Assembly (NCBI GenBank): GCA_044892505.1
Contig: CM097883.1
Location: 217,620,001 to 217,684,000, forward strand
Length of the DNA stretch: 64,000 nucleotides
Source: Schmidtea nova
Lineage: Eukaryota
Reading direction: 5' to 3'
In this document: positions 47,090 through 59,430 of the stretch, piece after piece
Numbering within the stretch: the stretch's first letter is position 1
Layout: each line of letters starts with the position of its first letter
Program-made: the position numbers and the translations under genes
Notes under the pieces: generated by a model
Told to the model about the DNA's origin: nothing
The model's database searches: none
What the model saw: only the letters and a program-made list of their open reading frames with translations

Positions 47090-49795
47090 TTATTGTGTTT
47101 GTTTCAATACATGTTTACAAATTATTTAATTGTTGAATACATTGATGTAAAAATATTTTGAAAATAATTAAAATTAGTAAATGAAAATTGAAAATTTTGA
47201 AAATAAATAGTTTCATAAAAGTAATGACATGATTTTGTAGAATAGACGATTACGAGTTGAATGATGTAAAAATATGTTGAAAATTATTTATAAAACTTGT
47301 AAAAAAGTCAAGGTGCAAAATGTGCAAAACTGAAAAATCAATATTTACACAAAAAATATATATAGATTCTTGTAAAGAATTTATTTACGAGTCTAATGAT
47401 GTATAATATTCACGAAAATAGTTTAGAGCACCTATGAAAAACTAAAAGTGTAGTGTGTGAAAAAATAAAAATCAATAGAATTTTGCAAAGTTTTTATATC
47501 AGCTCAAAGCTCATTTGATTATGAGTCTAACGATGTAAAAATTATTTTGATATAATGTTTCTGTCACTGGGAAAAAACAAACTATTTATAATTGATATTT
47601 TTACAAAATATTTTTTGATCAAAAGATGAGGCACATGTTTTAGAGTCTAATGATATGCATCATCTTGAAATTGGTCAAGTAGTTTACTAGGAATTTGAGT
47701 TTAATGGAGATCGATAATCGACTCGTAAACTCATTTCCATGAAAAAATTTTATGGTAATTTTTTTTTGAAGAAAAATCTTGAAAAATCTAGAAAAAATTA
47801 AATTTTTTAGACAAAAAATGTGACGGGAATAACCGGGCACATTGCCCCCATAAGTTGATGCAACAAAAGTCTCCTAAAAAACTGAGTAACCCATTGAAAA
47901 ACTCTGATTTCTGCACAAAAATGACAATCTTGCACATTTTAGCACTTAGAAATCAATAGTTGCACTTTAAAATAATGTGCAGAACTTTTTAAAACATATT
48001 GGCACTTGAAAATATATAGTAGCACCTTTTAATAAAAAGTTATACGTAATTATTTGTTTGCACTTTATTTGCACTTTAAAGTCAATATGAGTTTTACATG
48101 TATTTTTAAACGAAACTTTGAACAAGATTTCGATACATTGGGTTGACCAAAATGAAAGTATTTTGCAAATATAAAATGTGTCTCGTCATTGTCTACGACT
48201 TTTGTCTTGGAAGTTTTCTCACATCTTTTTTAGAAGTCGTATATTTCTTTAAACGAGACATTGGAACACGAGTTTGGAACATAGGATTAAGAAAAATAAA
48301 AGGTCTTTTAAACTAAAATGTGCGCCTCGATATGATCTACAACTTTTGTCTTGGAAGTTTTCTCTTAACTTTATTATTTCTCCTTCTGTGCTCATTTAAA
48401 CAAAAAAAATTTTCAAAATCAATATTCGACGATTAAAACAAAAACATTTTTACCCCCCTCTCCCCACCGGGGGGGTTAAAATTTCTTTGTTTTAATCGGC
48501 GGTGCGCGATAACTCATCCTGTGCTGGGGGGCTCACACGTGTTTTTAGGTGCCTTCCGCACATCCTATAAAAAAGTTTCCAAAACAAAAAATGTGCAGCT
48601 CATTGTGATCTACCCAACAACGTTGAGAAAACTTAAAAATTTTTATTCTCACTGTGCTAAAATGTAAAAAAAACTGAAAAAATCAATAATCGGTTACTTG
48701 GCGCATCCAATGAAAAAGTTTTAGATATAGAAATGTGCAGCACATTGTGCACCACCATACTGCGTAGAGAAAATTTGAAAAAATCGATTTGCACTGTGCA
48801 AAAACGTGAAAAAAACGAAAAATCAAAAATCAAAAATTAAAACAAAAAAATTACCCCCCACTCCCCCCGGGGGGTTTGAATATTTTGTTTCAATCGGCGG
48901 TGCGCGATAACTCATCCTGTGCTGGGGGGCTCACACCCTCTTACTGTTAATAATTTTTATAACACACCCATACCACCCAACACTATAAATTTGGATCCGA
49001 GGAGATAATGCTAGAATCTTAACACTTATGTATAAATTGCTAGTAGTTCTTTCCTTGTTATGAAATACCGTCTTTGACACTTACTCATAGTTTTGACACA
49101 TAACATAGTACTCTTAACTTGCCTTCTTGCATTTGTGACAAGATAGCCCCAATGCTATTATGTGATGCATCTTTGTCTAAAAAATTATTGTCCTTTCTTG
49201 CATGGTAATTCCAACAATGGTAGGGTTGACAATAACCGCTTTAGCTCATAGAACGCTACTTTTCTGTCCTCATTCCACTGGAAACATCTTTCATTTTTTA
49301 GCTTCGCACTCAATTTCTCTAAAGTCTCTGCATACATTTTAATAAAAAGTCTGTAGTAATTGCAAAATCCCAAAAATGACTGCAACTCTTTTTACGTGCT
49401 GGAATTTCCCATGAACTGAAACTTTTGATTTACTGTGGATTTATTTTAACACCTTACTTATTTATGATATGTCTTAGATAGCTAACCTCTATTTAAAAAA
49501 ACATATTGTCTCTATTGCTTTCTTGTCCTTTATTTTTTCATCTTTCGTGAGTTTATTCAATGTGCCCTTTGATTCATTAAAAAACTCGTTCCTTTTTTCT
49601 AAATATCCCAAGCCGGTCTCTGTATGCAGAGTCTTCGAACCTCCCTCTTACATGCATTCTTTACTAATAAATACCATTTCTTGCCTTATACTACGTAGTC
49701 ACTTATCACAATTTCACGATCTGCCACCCTCGATCTTTCTCCATCAAATATATAAATCTCATTAAAATCATCAATTTTCTCCCTACGATCATTAA

Positions 49796-49874
49796 CCGGG
49801 GGGTTTGAATATTTTGTTTTAATCGGCGGTACGCGATAACTCATCCTGTGCTGGGGGGCTCACATCCCCCTACT
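49796..49874 (-). repeat. True right terminal inverted repeat of the Polinton (last 79 bp)
   Basis: Differs from left TIR at several positions (e.g. ggcggtacgcg vs ggcggtgcgcg), ends in TACT followed by TSD. Confidence 0.85.
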
Positions 49875-50738
49875 ATTAACGATTTCTAGGGGTGAATACC
49901 ATCCACTCCACAACATAAATATCAATCTGCCGCACAGGTGTACCCATAGTTATTCCCCAAGTAACTATGTTTTTACTATACAGTGGCAAGAATCTAGTGA
50001 GCAGGTGAGCTCAGTTGCCGAAACTACTCCTCACTACATTCTCTCTTTCAGGTTCTTGTTACCGATAGAATGACTTATGTAACAGCTTACTTTTCGGTCC
50101 TATCACATGACTACATCTCAATTATCGATCACCCTTCGTCATCAAGCATCTACCTTTATTCATTCCGAAAAACTATATTTCAATTTATAAAATATTTCTA
50201 TCTACTTTTATTCACCTAAAAGAATTCGCCAAAATGATGAATACTCATTTGTAATCCCCTTTCCTCCCGCCCAAATTTGGTTCAAAGTCGCCGCATCGCC
50301 CAACTCCCGAAGGAGTCAGGGCTAGAGGTCAATCCGCCCCGTGGTCGTAACACCACCAGATCGCACCTTAATGATTTTACCCCCAGATATTAGGAAGGTT
50401 TACCGCAAATGCATAGAACAACATTTTACTTCAAAAATCTTATTATAAACTACAAAATTAATTACAACAAAACTACGATTAACCTAATCAAATCAAATAG
50501 CTTTTAAAAATGAACATGACAAAAATCAAATAACCATTATAAACTAACAATGAAAAACATGACAAAACAAAATATACTCATCCACGCGACCGATTGACGA
50601 AAACGAAATTAATGAATAATCAATTCTATCTAACTTTAACTAACTAACTAACTACTACCCAATTGTGATTTTTAGCGTCTATTTATACTAAATGTACTGA
50701 CGCTCACATATGTTATTATTTAAATAATTATTTTAACA
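49875..50738 (-). mobile_element. Remainder of family-B LTR split by the Polinton
   Basis: Reverse complement aligns with 9163-9240 and 10330-10815. Confidence 0.7.
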
Positions 50739-50959
50739 ATTAAATTTTTTTATTAACTTTTAATAAAAAAGTATTATTTATTTTTTGTAAATTTAATTTT
50801 ATAATTCGATTTATTTATTTCTAAAATATTTGTTTTAATTCCGTTAAATGTGTGTAGCCATTGTTTTTGTACATTATATGATTGATTAAAACAATCAAAT
50901 TTAATTTAATTCTATTTTTATTCCTATCTCAGTTATTTTTCCAATATTTCAATGGGGAT

Positions 50960-53900
50960 TTTTTCTATAATTTTCAATAAATTAAATTCTTTATCCTGAT
51001 ATCAATTTTATTTTTTGATCATGCTTTTCGTTATTTTCTACAAGGAATTATCTTCCCCATTCAACTCTCGTGCGGTCCTTCGTATGTAAATGCGACCTGC
51101 ACTCGAATTGTTAGCTCTTTTCTGAGATGCTCTTTTCCTTCGTTTCAACCCTATTTCGACCGACTTTCGGTTTGTATGACTATTGTACTTTACTGTTTCT
51201 TTTATGTCATTTTACTGCGTAATGTTTAATCTTGCGTTTTTAAACTTGCTCTCTTTTGTATATATTTAATGTTTGATAAATTTAAACAAAATTTATTTTT
51301 AGATTTCGCCAGTCCAACAACACTCCGGGGCCCGTTTAAATTGCGTCCCGCAATATCATTAAATATACATTTAACACTTGCTCCGTGCATACCCATGCTT
51401 ACAACACACACAAAAAATTATTCAGATCAATGTATATCAAAACAAGAAAGAATCATATAAGGTCATTGATTCATACAAATAAATAACCATAACTATCACA
51501 CCGGTAATGCCAATGTTATTTTCAGTTCATTTGTTGAATTTTTTGACTCGATGTGGTTTTGTTCCCATGTGATGGGTTGATTTCATTGATTGTCTCTGAT
51601 TCATGTCGAACTTGATTCTTGAGTTCGGATTGTATTTATTCAGGGTTTCTCGTTTCTCTGGTGTAACGAATTATAGATTGACTGGAATGATTTCGGGGTT
51701 TCCTTTTACTTGGTTGGACGAATTGTTGGATTGTTGATTGTTTTCTCTTTAATATTTTTCCTTGGGATTTTGTCTAGGTGATTAAGGCGATGATTATCAG
51801 GATACTGAGGGTGATGATTATGGCAATGATCCTTCTTTTTAGATTGGCTTCTTTGATTTTGGTAGCTCTTTTTATAATCTCTATGTTCTTTTTAATAATC
51901 TTTGGATTTCTTGGATTTCTTGGATTTAGATTTGATCGTCTTTGTCTGGGATTGATCCCTCTTAGGCTTTTCTGATTGGTTAGGCAAGTTTTCGTTTTAT
52001 TTGTGATGGGGCTCTTCTTTTGATTGAGTTGGATTCGGTGTTTTTACCATTAATTCTATATTCAGGATTGTTGGGATAACGAGTCCATTATCTATGATTT
52101 CTATTTAATACATATATATTGATATACTGTCCATTCATTCACCATTACATAAGCGATTTTCTCATTTTTTTACATCGATGTCCCCGCACCTAGTCTTTAA
52201 GCATTCTATTCGTTGAATACCAATTTCACCTTCTTGCTTTAATTTTCCTGTTTTGTTCTTTGATGAATTTCTGTCTATTCTGATCCCATTTCTTGACTAA
52301 AGCTTCTTGTCGCTTTTTTCTTCTCTTCGTTTTATTTTCCCATTTTCCGTAAAGTTCACCTGGTTTTTGTAGTTTTCATTGATTTTCTGATCTCTTGCTG
52401 TACTTCATACTGTCTTTCTTTATGTTTTAAAGTTAATATGGTTATGCATAATATGGTTATGCATTTGATTTACACTATCTATATATTGTCATTTCCCGAC
52501 CTCTATACCTCGACTGTCTTTTCACTTCGAATTGTCCTGCGTTTCTTAATTCTTTTCATTTTTTTCGTAAAAAAAATTTTGTTTTGACTATTTTTAAATT
52601 AGCTTGATTGTTCTACCATTTCCAATACTTTCATTTTATTTGTCATAATGGCTTTTCGCTTCGTAACCCGTTGTGGGTATCTTTATTAATTTGAAATCTT
52701 TGTATTGCTTGATTCAATATAGTTGAATTTCATGTTCTCTTTTCTGGATCTCTTTTCTGGCTTGAATTATCCATTTGCTGCTCTGACTTTCTTTGTGGCG
52801 TGGTTCCATTTCTCGTGTTCTGGGTTTTACAGTGGACGAGCTTGATGATTTCTTGATTTTTTTTCTGTTTTTTGTTTTTGAAATACATATACATAGGGTT
52901 TTCATATACCTGTTTTATTTCTGTCATATACATTTTTGTGACTTCTTCTACAAATAATAATACCATATAATACAATTCATCCACTTTGTTTCTTTCTATA
53001 CTTCACTCTTCACCATCTTATCGTTTAGAGTGAGAGCTTTTACGGTTTTCGCAACCTCGACGTATTCTGATGTCGATTCTTGATACTTTTGATCTTCCTT
53101 TTTTCAATCAAGTTATTTCTTGTAGTGCTAATAATAGTTGTGTTTGAAATCTGGTTATTATTTCTCTTTGTATAATGATTTCTTGTTGATAAGTGTGAAT
53201 TAACGGCCACATTTTGGTTAATTGTGTTTCTTTGCTTTAATTTTCTGTCTTTAATTTTCTGCTTTCTGTCTGTATTCTCCGTGATAAGTTGATTTATCGT
53301 TATATTATCCATTTCCTCGATTGTTTTGCTTTCAATTATTGTTTTTCTGTTTTGTTCTGTTTGGTTGCTAATTTCCATTTTTCTTAGCATTTTGATCCTT
53401 GGTTTATTCTTTTTTTGTTGTTTCCATAGTTCTTCTATCTTTTGCCATTCTTACTTTCATTCGCCAGTTTCAACATATCTGTTTTTAATAATTCTTCTTT
53501 TATCTTTTTCCAATGTTTCTCGTTGGCACAGGCCTGCAATCCTCCCAATTTGCTCCATCTGAATTTTCTTCACGGGCTTCTATGATTCTAAGCTTTGGTG
53601 GTTCTGATTGGCAACATGCCATCCTGTTGATTCCTCCTGCGTTTCTCGTTAGTTTCGTTCCATTTTCCGTTGATTTCCCGATCTCGTCTTTTTCGCTTGT
53701 AATTGTTATCTACTTGAGTACTCTCTCAAATTGTTCTTTTAGTTCTGGAATCTTCCTTATGATATTTTAGCTTCGTCTCCTTTTAGTTTGAGACTACGTT
53801 CTTCTCCTATTCTCGCTTCATCTAATTACAGCTCTAGCCATTCTCTACGTTGTTTCGTTTGCGGTGTTTCCTCTGTTGATTTTGTTTCTACGGATGTCAG

Positions 53901-55304
53901 TTTGTTTTCTTGGCTGCTGTTGACTTCTCTTTGGTTGCAATATAGCTTCTGTTAGTGTAGACATGCTTTTTGTATATAGTCTGTTCCGATCTGAGATTGT
54001 TTGTTTCTTTAGTTTTCGTTGTTTCCTTGGCAGTTATTTTTATATATCCATATTGACCACACTTGTAGCATTTCTTCAAAAACCTACATGAATTTCTGAT
54101 GTGCTTTTACTTTTGCAGTTCCAACACTAGCGTTACCTGTGACAGTTGTAACGATCGTGCCCTTCTCGACCGCAACATTCACAGTATATTACTAGATCTT
54201 TTGAATTTGTGAATTGATTATGTGTCGCGCTGTGGTTGTTCATATTTTCTCCTTGTCTTGGGTATTGTTCTTGCTGGTTGCTGTGGTCGTTGTTATGTTT
54301 TCTTGTATCACTGTAGTTTATATTATTGGTTCATGGGTATTCTCACAATCGTTGACCATCTCCGCTGTGTCATCTGTGATCTCATAGTCTTTAACTATCA
54401 TCGCTTGTCTTGCGTTATTCAATTATGTTCCTTTTGTAACTTGACTGATAATTTGTCTCTCTCCATACTTTTCCACAAATAATGCTTTAGCAGATTGTCC
54501 TAATACACTTGTTTCGTTATCCAATCCTATCGTTGTATTCACTTTACCGATTTTTTGGATTTCTTTTGGGTTGAATTCTAATTTGGGCCTTCCTCAATCT
54601 CGTTTTTCTTTCCTTGGTTTGATTTGTTCTTGATCTTCACTTTCTTTTCTTTATTTGTTTGTACTTTAACCTTTTTTGAATTATTTTCCCTTCTCTTTTT
54701 TAACTTCTGTGGATGTGAGGTTTTCGGATTTCGTTCTCCTCTTCATCTTTCTTATTGGTTTTTCACTTTTGGTGTTTGGCGTCTGCTTGATTGCATCAAT
54801 TTTATTTTGTACTACTTCACTCTCATAGTTATGGCAGTGCTGTTCTTTTGTTTCTTTGACCATTTTCATCATGTTTATTCTTGGTGTGTTTGTTTGCTGC
54901 TGCTTCCACCTTTCTTGTTTAATTTTTCATCTTCTCGTTGTAATCTTGTCCTTTCTTGTGCATATCTTTGTTTGTTTCCTTGATTGACTTGGTATTTTCG
55001 TTTTCTATTTTTTGCATCATACTGATTTTGTGTTGATTTGATTTTAGCGTTATCCTTATCATCCCTTCGATTGCCTCATTTAGTCTTGAGATTTCTTGGA
55101 TTAGTTTTATTTCTTGGTTGTACGGTTATTCGATTTACTGTTGACTTCATTTCGACCTCGGTTTGTCCTCTTGAATGGTGTTTAACTTGTTCGGTATCTG
55201 TAATTTTTTGTTCTTTTGATTTGTTGGTTGTTGCTGACCTGGATTGGCTTCTTGGTTCATTTCTTGTTGAAATCTACAATGTAAAATACACGATTAACCA
55301 TTTT
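50960..55304 (-). mobile_element. Decayed LTR-retroelement leader/gag region (K/N/Q/R-rich) incl. family A copy 3
   Basis: Zinc knuckles YCECCGREGHDRYNC and KKCYKCGQYG at 54050-54190; many short low-complexity ORF shards. Confidence 0.7.
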
Positions 55305-55636
55305 TGTGGCTGTCACCGCTCACCCAATTCCATTAACTATTAATCAATAAATTTTATAGATCGGGCATCTTTCCCTCTTGATTTTAATCTATTATCCTGT
55401 CAAAATTTTCTATTAATTGTCCTTTATATCGTCGTAATTCGTCTTAACTTTATTTATTTGTATTTTTCGATGTTTTGTCCGTTCTATTATTATGTTTGTG
55501 TGGCCCTTGCCCCTTAATTATCTAAAACGATTTATTTAGTTATTCTATATCTTCGTTTATTGCAATTTCTATGCTTTTTCTTTATGATCTCTCGGATTCT
55601 CCTGAAGGGAGGATTCTCGGCGAAGGGGATGTTATA
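55305..55636 (-). mobile_element. Putative 5' LTR of the upstream gag remnant
   Basis: Minus strand TATAACATCCCC...GCCACA followed by aaaa-TGG (PBS-like). Confidence 0.45.
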
Positions 55637-57199
55637 TGGATTGAATTAATATTTAATTCATATATTATAATTTTAAGTTAATACAATTTTAAATTAAATT
55701 AATTAATAAATAAGTAACAAAATAAGCCTTTGTTACTTATTTATTAATTAATTTAATACTTAATGCTGCTACCAAGGAATTACCATTTTATACAATTTTA
55801 AATTGTTTTTAATAATAGTGATATATTAATATATTTTATTTGAATCTTGATTATTTTATATTTTATAATTCTAGAGAATATACCTTGATGCTGGTGTATT
55901 GGGGAATGGTTTCAATCTGAGTTATAATTGTTTACTAGGATTAACTACACCAAAATATAAATGATTATTCCCTCCGCTATGATACCCGTGGAACGTCCCT
56001 AGCCTAATCCCACTTTGTTGTTGTACCATACGGTGTATGTCAAGAGGACAGGTGATCTATCTAGGCGACCACTACTCCCCTTTTCACATACTCGGATTCT
56101 CGGGCGATATAAGATCATAAATTACTTACCCTCGCTGGTCCCCGTTTTAGAGACATTTACTACTCTGCTGTGCGATATTATCCACATAAGGGTTAAACTT
56201 TGATTAATTAAACCAACATCCACTACTCTGACTGAATGAAATCAACAATACAATTTTTATTTCAATCCTTAAATACACTGAGATCAATAGTGTCAATCAA
56301 TTGGTGTTCGCTCAACCCACTGATGCAATCGGTCTGAATATTCAATTTCTCGGCGTAGGCCCTTCTTTCTCTTCAGCGTCTCGCTCCCATCCAATACCTT
56401 CGATTTGGCTTGGCCACTCCTTTCGCTGACGCAGTCTTTTGGATTACTGGTTTAATCTCGGTTAAATTGACGAGTGCATGTGAGCCCATTTGGGTCTCCC
56501 TGGTGGTAGAGTTTTGTGTGACCCACTTTCTAGCGTAATTGGCGTATCTGATCTTTAAGCTGCGTGAGTATGGACTCTTTCGTCACCGAGCGGAGGCACG
56601 CTTTTAGTTTACAATTGGTGGTCGTTAATTCCACCGACTGCTCAGCGATGGTTCGTTGCAGGAACTCGATTCTTTGGTAATTGGAGCGGGCGCGAACCAA
56701 GATTTTCGGAGGCTCTCTATCTCCTGTGCCTGTTTCACGACTCGCCCCTTAAATTATTTATTCTCTTGCTTTATCAACTGGATTTCGTGTCAGATCTTGA
56801 GCTTCCCCTTAGTCATTCTAAATCATAATATAAGACGTTATTTAGTTACAACGGAAAATGTCTGGTCATCTATCGTCCCCTTCGACGTCTTAGCTCTGTT
56901 TAATCGCTTCAACCTCTCCCGGATTACTATTACATGACCTCGGTTCACTCTCGTCTGATCTCAGTGGCTGTGAAACTCCCTTGCGAATCGTTCTTTTCCC
57001 GTAACCAGGTTGTTATGGCCATGATTAGGTTATTCCCAAAAACAAAACTTCATAACGGAGTAACAAACGCAAACAATCCCTCGCGCAATTTAATTAATTA
57101 ACACATTTATAAATAATTAGAAAGAAAATTGGAATGAGTAATAACTAAATTAATTGTGTTTCAATATACATGAACAAATCAAAATAGGTAATAACACTA

Positions 57200-57680
57200 G
57201 ATATTCGCCATGAAATCTTGCGTGTCATCTCCGGAGCGTAGGCGGATTCCATCTGCTGAGCAAATTGTGGAGTCCGCTCTCCAACATAGTCTTCTATGCA
57301 TATTTCTCAGTGCCATTTGGTTCTCTTGTGCATGTTTTGCTGTAGTCGAATGGTAAATTTCGGAAGTCTAAAGCTTCTCCCGTTTTGATATTCATTGGTT
57401 TATCAAGGAGAATCATTCCTAGATCGTTAAAATGATGAGTGAGGATTGAACCAAAATACATAATCCACTAGGGAAGATGTGATTTAGCACGAAACAACAT
57501 GAACCACAGCGGTGTCGAGCTGGATGAAGGTTCCGATTGCGAAGAGGGCCACCTTTCCACTAAATTTTCTCATAGGAACTCAGTTCCCAAATTTCAAACG
57601 GAGCTCGGCGCTTAAACTCCCGTCGCCACTTCCACATGTGGGCTTTGAGTTCTCGGCTGACTTACTGAGGAAGCTTTTTG
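57200..57680 (-). pseudogene. Possible decayed trypsin-like (S1) serine protease
   Basis: Ordered but degenerate motifs: PTCG, FAIGTFIQLDTAVVHVVSC, FNDLGMILLDKP, NLPFDYSKTC, TICSADG...SGD; frameshifts and stops. Confidence 0.35.
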
Positions 57681-59155
57681 AGTGGGCAAAGAGCTGGCAC
57701 ATTGACTTGATTGTTCCTGAGGTTTCGCCCCATGGGCTGGTACGCTCTTGATTTTCGGTTCATTTGGAAAAGACAAGTATGATTGCTTCTAATGAAAAAT
57801 TTAGTAAATCGATTTTACTTCAGCAGTCTTCATATGTGGAATGCGATTACCGACTCTCGGCGTATTATATCAGCAGACAGGCATCGCGCTGTGCACTTAG
57901 CTTTGCTTATTTATAATCATCGTCTCGCAATTCATTTACACTAGTTGATCTCTTAGTGAATGAGACTGAACTTCATCCTATCTTAGTGAATCTTATTATA
58001 CAATGAAAATTGACGATATTGGTAGGCACTTGTTACTAGCGAGTGGAGGGGGGTTGTCAATTTAATTCAAAATCTTCCCACCTCCGGTTGGATTTTGTGA
58101 CTAGAGATCAATAATGCAGGATTCGACTGGTCATTCCTTGGATGTTACTAAACGAGATGGATTTAATTTCGTTACTCTACGATTTTGAATCTTCTGGTAC
58201 ACTGCATGGCCACAATCTTATTCCCAGGGTACTAACACGGGCTTCCTTTGAGGACCTTTATTAAAAGTCGTTTATGGAATACTGGTTCTAGGATTATCTC
58301 AATGCATTCGTTGTGGAATAGTTTACTCTGAGTTTACTGTAAATAAATTTCGGGTATGGATCATGACAATTTGTCTGGGAAACTAATGTACCCCATGTAA
58401 TTAAAATCGGTCGACTGGCATTATCATTTAGTTTCTTTACATGGCGTAAATTTGATAACATAAACAACTTGTCCTATGTGGCGAAAATTGATTTTACGAT
58501 AATAATATTTAAATTGCGTTCTGTGACTAACATTAATATATAAATGACATACATGAATTGCCTATGAGACAAAGTTTTTATTAAATAACAATACCCCTAG
58601 ATTGCCCTATGTGGCTAAATTTGATTAATTAATGATATCCCCGAATTGTCCTGAGTGCAAACTCTCCCCCACTCGACTTTTTGGACCGTCACCGTACCGA
58701 ATCAACCCTCAAAAGAGTCGTGACCGAGAGTCCGTTAACCCCATGGTCGAAAACTACCTAGGCTTCGCTTAATTACTTTATTCAAAAAAAATTATGAGGG
58801 GTTACCCTAATCAAAAATCAAGTATCAAAATATCAATATGTTAAGTTCAATGGGGAATTGTTGAAAATAACAGAAAAAAGAATCTGTGAGAGAATAAATT
58901 ATTAATTATTTGATTATTTANNNNNNNNNNNNNNNNNNNNNNNNNNNNNNNNNNNNNNNNNNNNNNNNNNNNNNNNNNNNNNNNNNNNNNNNNNNNNNNN
59001 NNNNNNNNNNNNNNNNNNNNNNNNNNNNNNNNNNNNNNNNNNNNNNNNNNNNNNNNNNNNNNNNNNTATCGAATGATTTAAATAAAACAAAACTCTTTCT
59101 CTTTATAACCTTTATTTATTTAACACTAATATAAATATTTATAAAAGAAAAAGTA

Positions 59156-59430
59156 CGTGATCAATTGATCGATTTCCTCACTTGTCAGCAAGCTACGCTA
59201 TGCCTTCTAATGGCAGGACACCCTTGAATAATATAAATGTAATAGGATAAGAAGCAATAATATGTGGGCTACCCAGGTATACTAAAGCAGATTATTACTT
59301 TGTATACGAATTTTTTAAAGGAAATTAAATTATTGAAGTCGAACGCACAAGATGACTTTATTACAAATTCATAAAAATGGCAATAACGTTTATGACATTA
59401 TTCAAACAAAAATAATAATCAATTATCACA
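59156..59430 (-). mobile_element. 3' LTR of Gypsy element
   Basis: Minus strand starts TGTGATAATTGAT directly after purine tract GGGAGAA; opposite end CGTGATCAATTGAT is a short inverted repeat. Confidence 0.6.

Larger units (their letters stand above)
43369..49797 (-). repeat. Right arm of 6.43-kb inverted duplication
   Basis: Reverse complement of 30011-36440, including about 850 bp of non-Polinton flank (Gypsy and LTR stub). Confidence 0.97.
30863..49874. mobile_element. Polinton/Maverick (adintovirus-like) element, 19,012 bp, rearranged and defective
   Basis: Termini AGTAAGAGGGTGTGAGCCCCCC / GGGGGGCTCACATCCCCCTACT; 6-bp TSD ATTAAC (30857-30862, 49875-49880); contains pPolB, adenain protease and capsid C-terminus. 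Confidence 0.93.

Noticed and set aside
30011-49797. Interpreting the 6.4-kb arms as the element's native terminal inverted repeats
   Set aside because: The right arm includes copied flanking Gypsy DNA, the inner junction truncates the capsid gene, and a distinct true right TIR with matching TSD lies at 49796-49880.
56250-56500. Fibrinogen-like domain start (PKDC...) after the coiled coil
   Set aside because: Only a few residues match and the frame is interrupted.
56949-56967. 5S-like words (ctcgtctgatctc, ggctgtgaaact)
   Set aside because: Too short, no internal promoter; likely chance.
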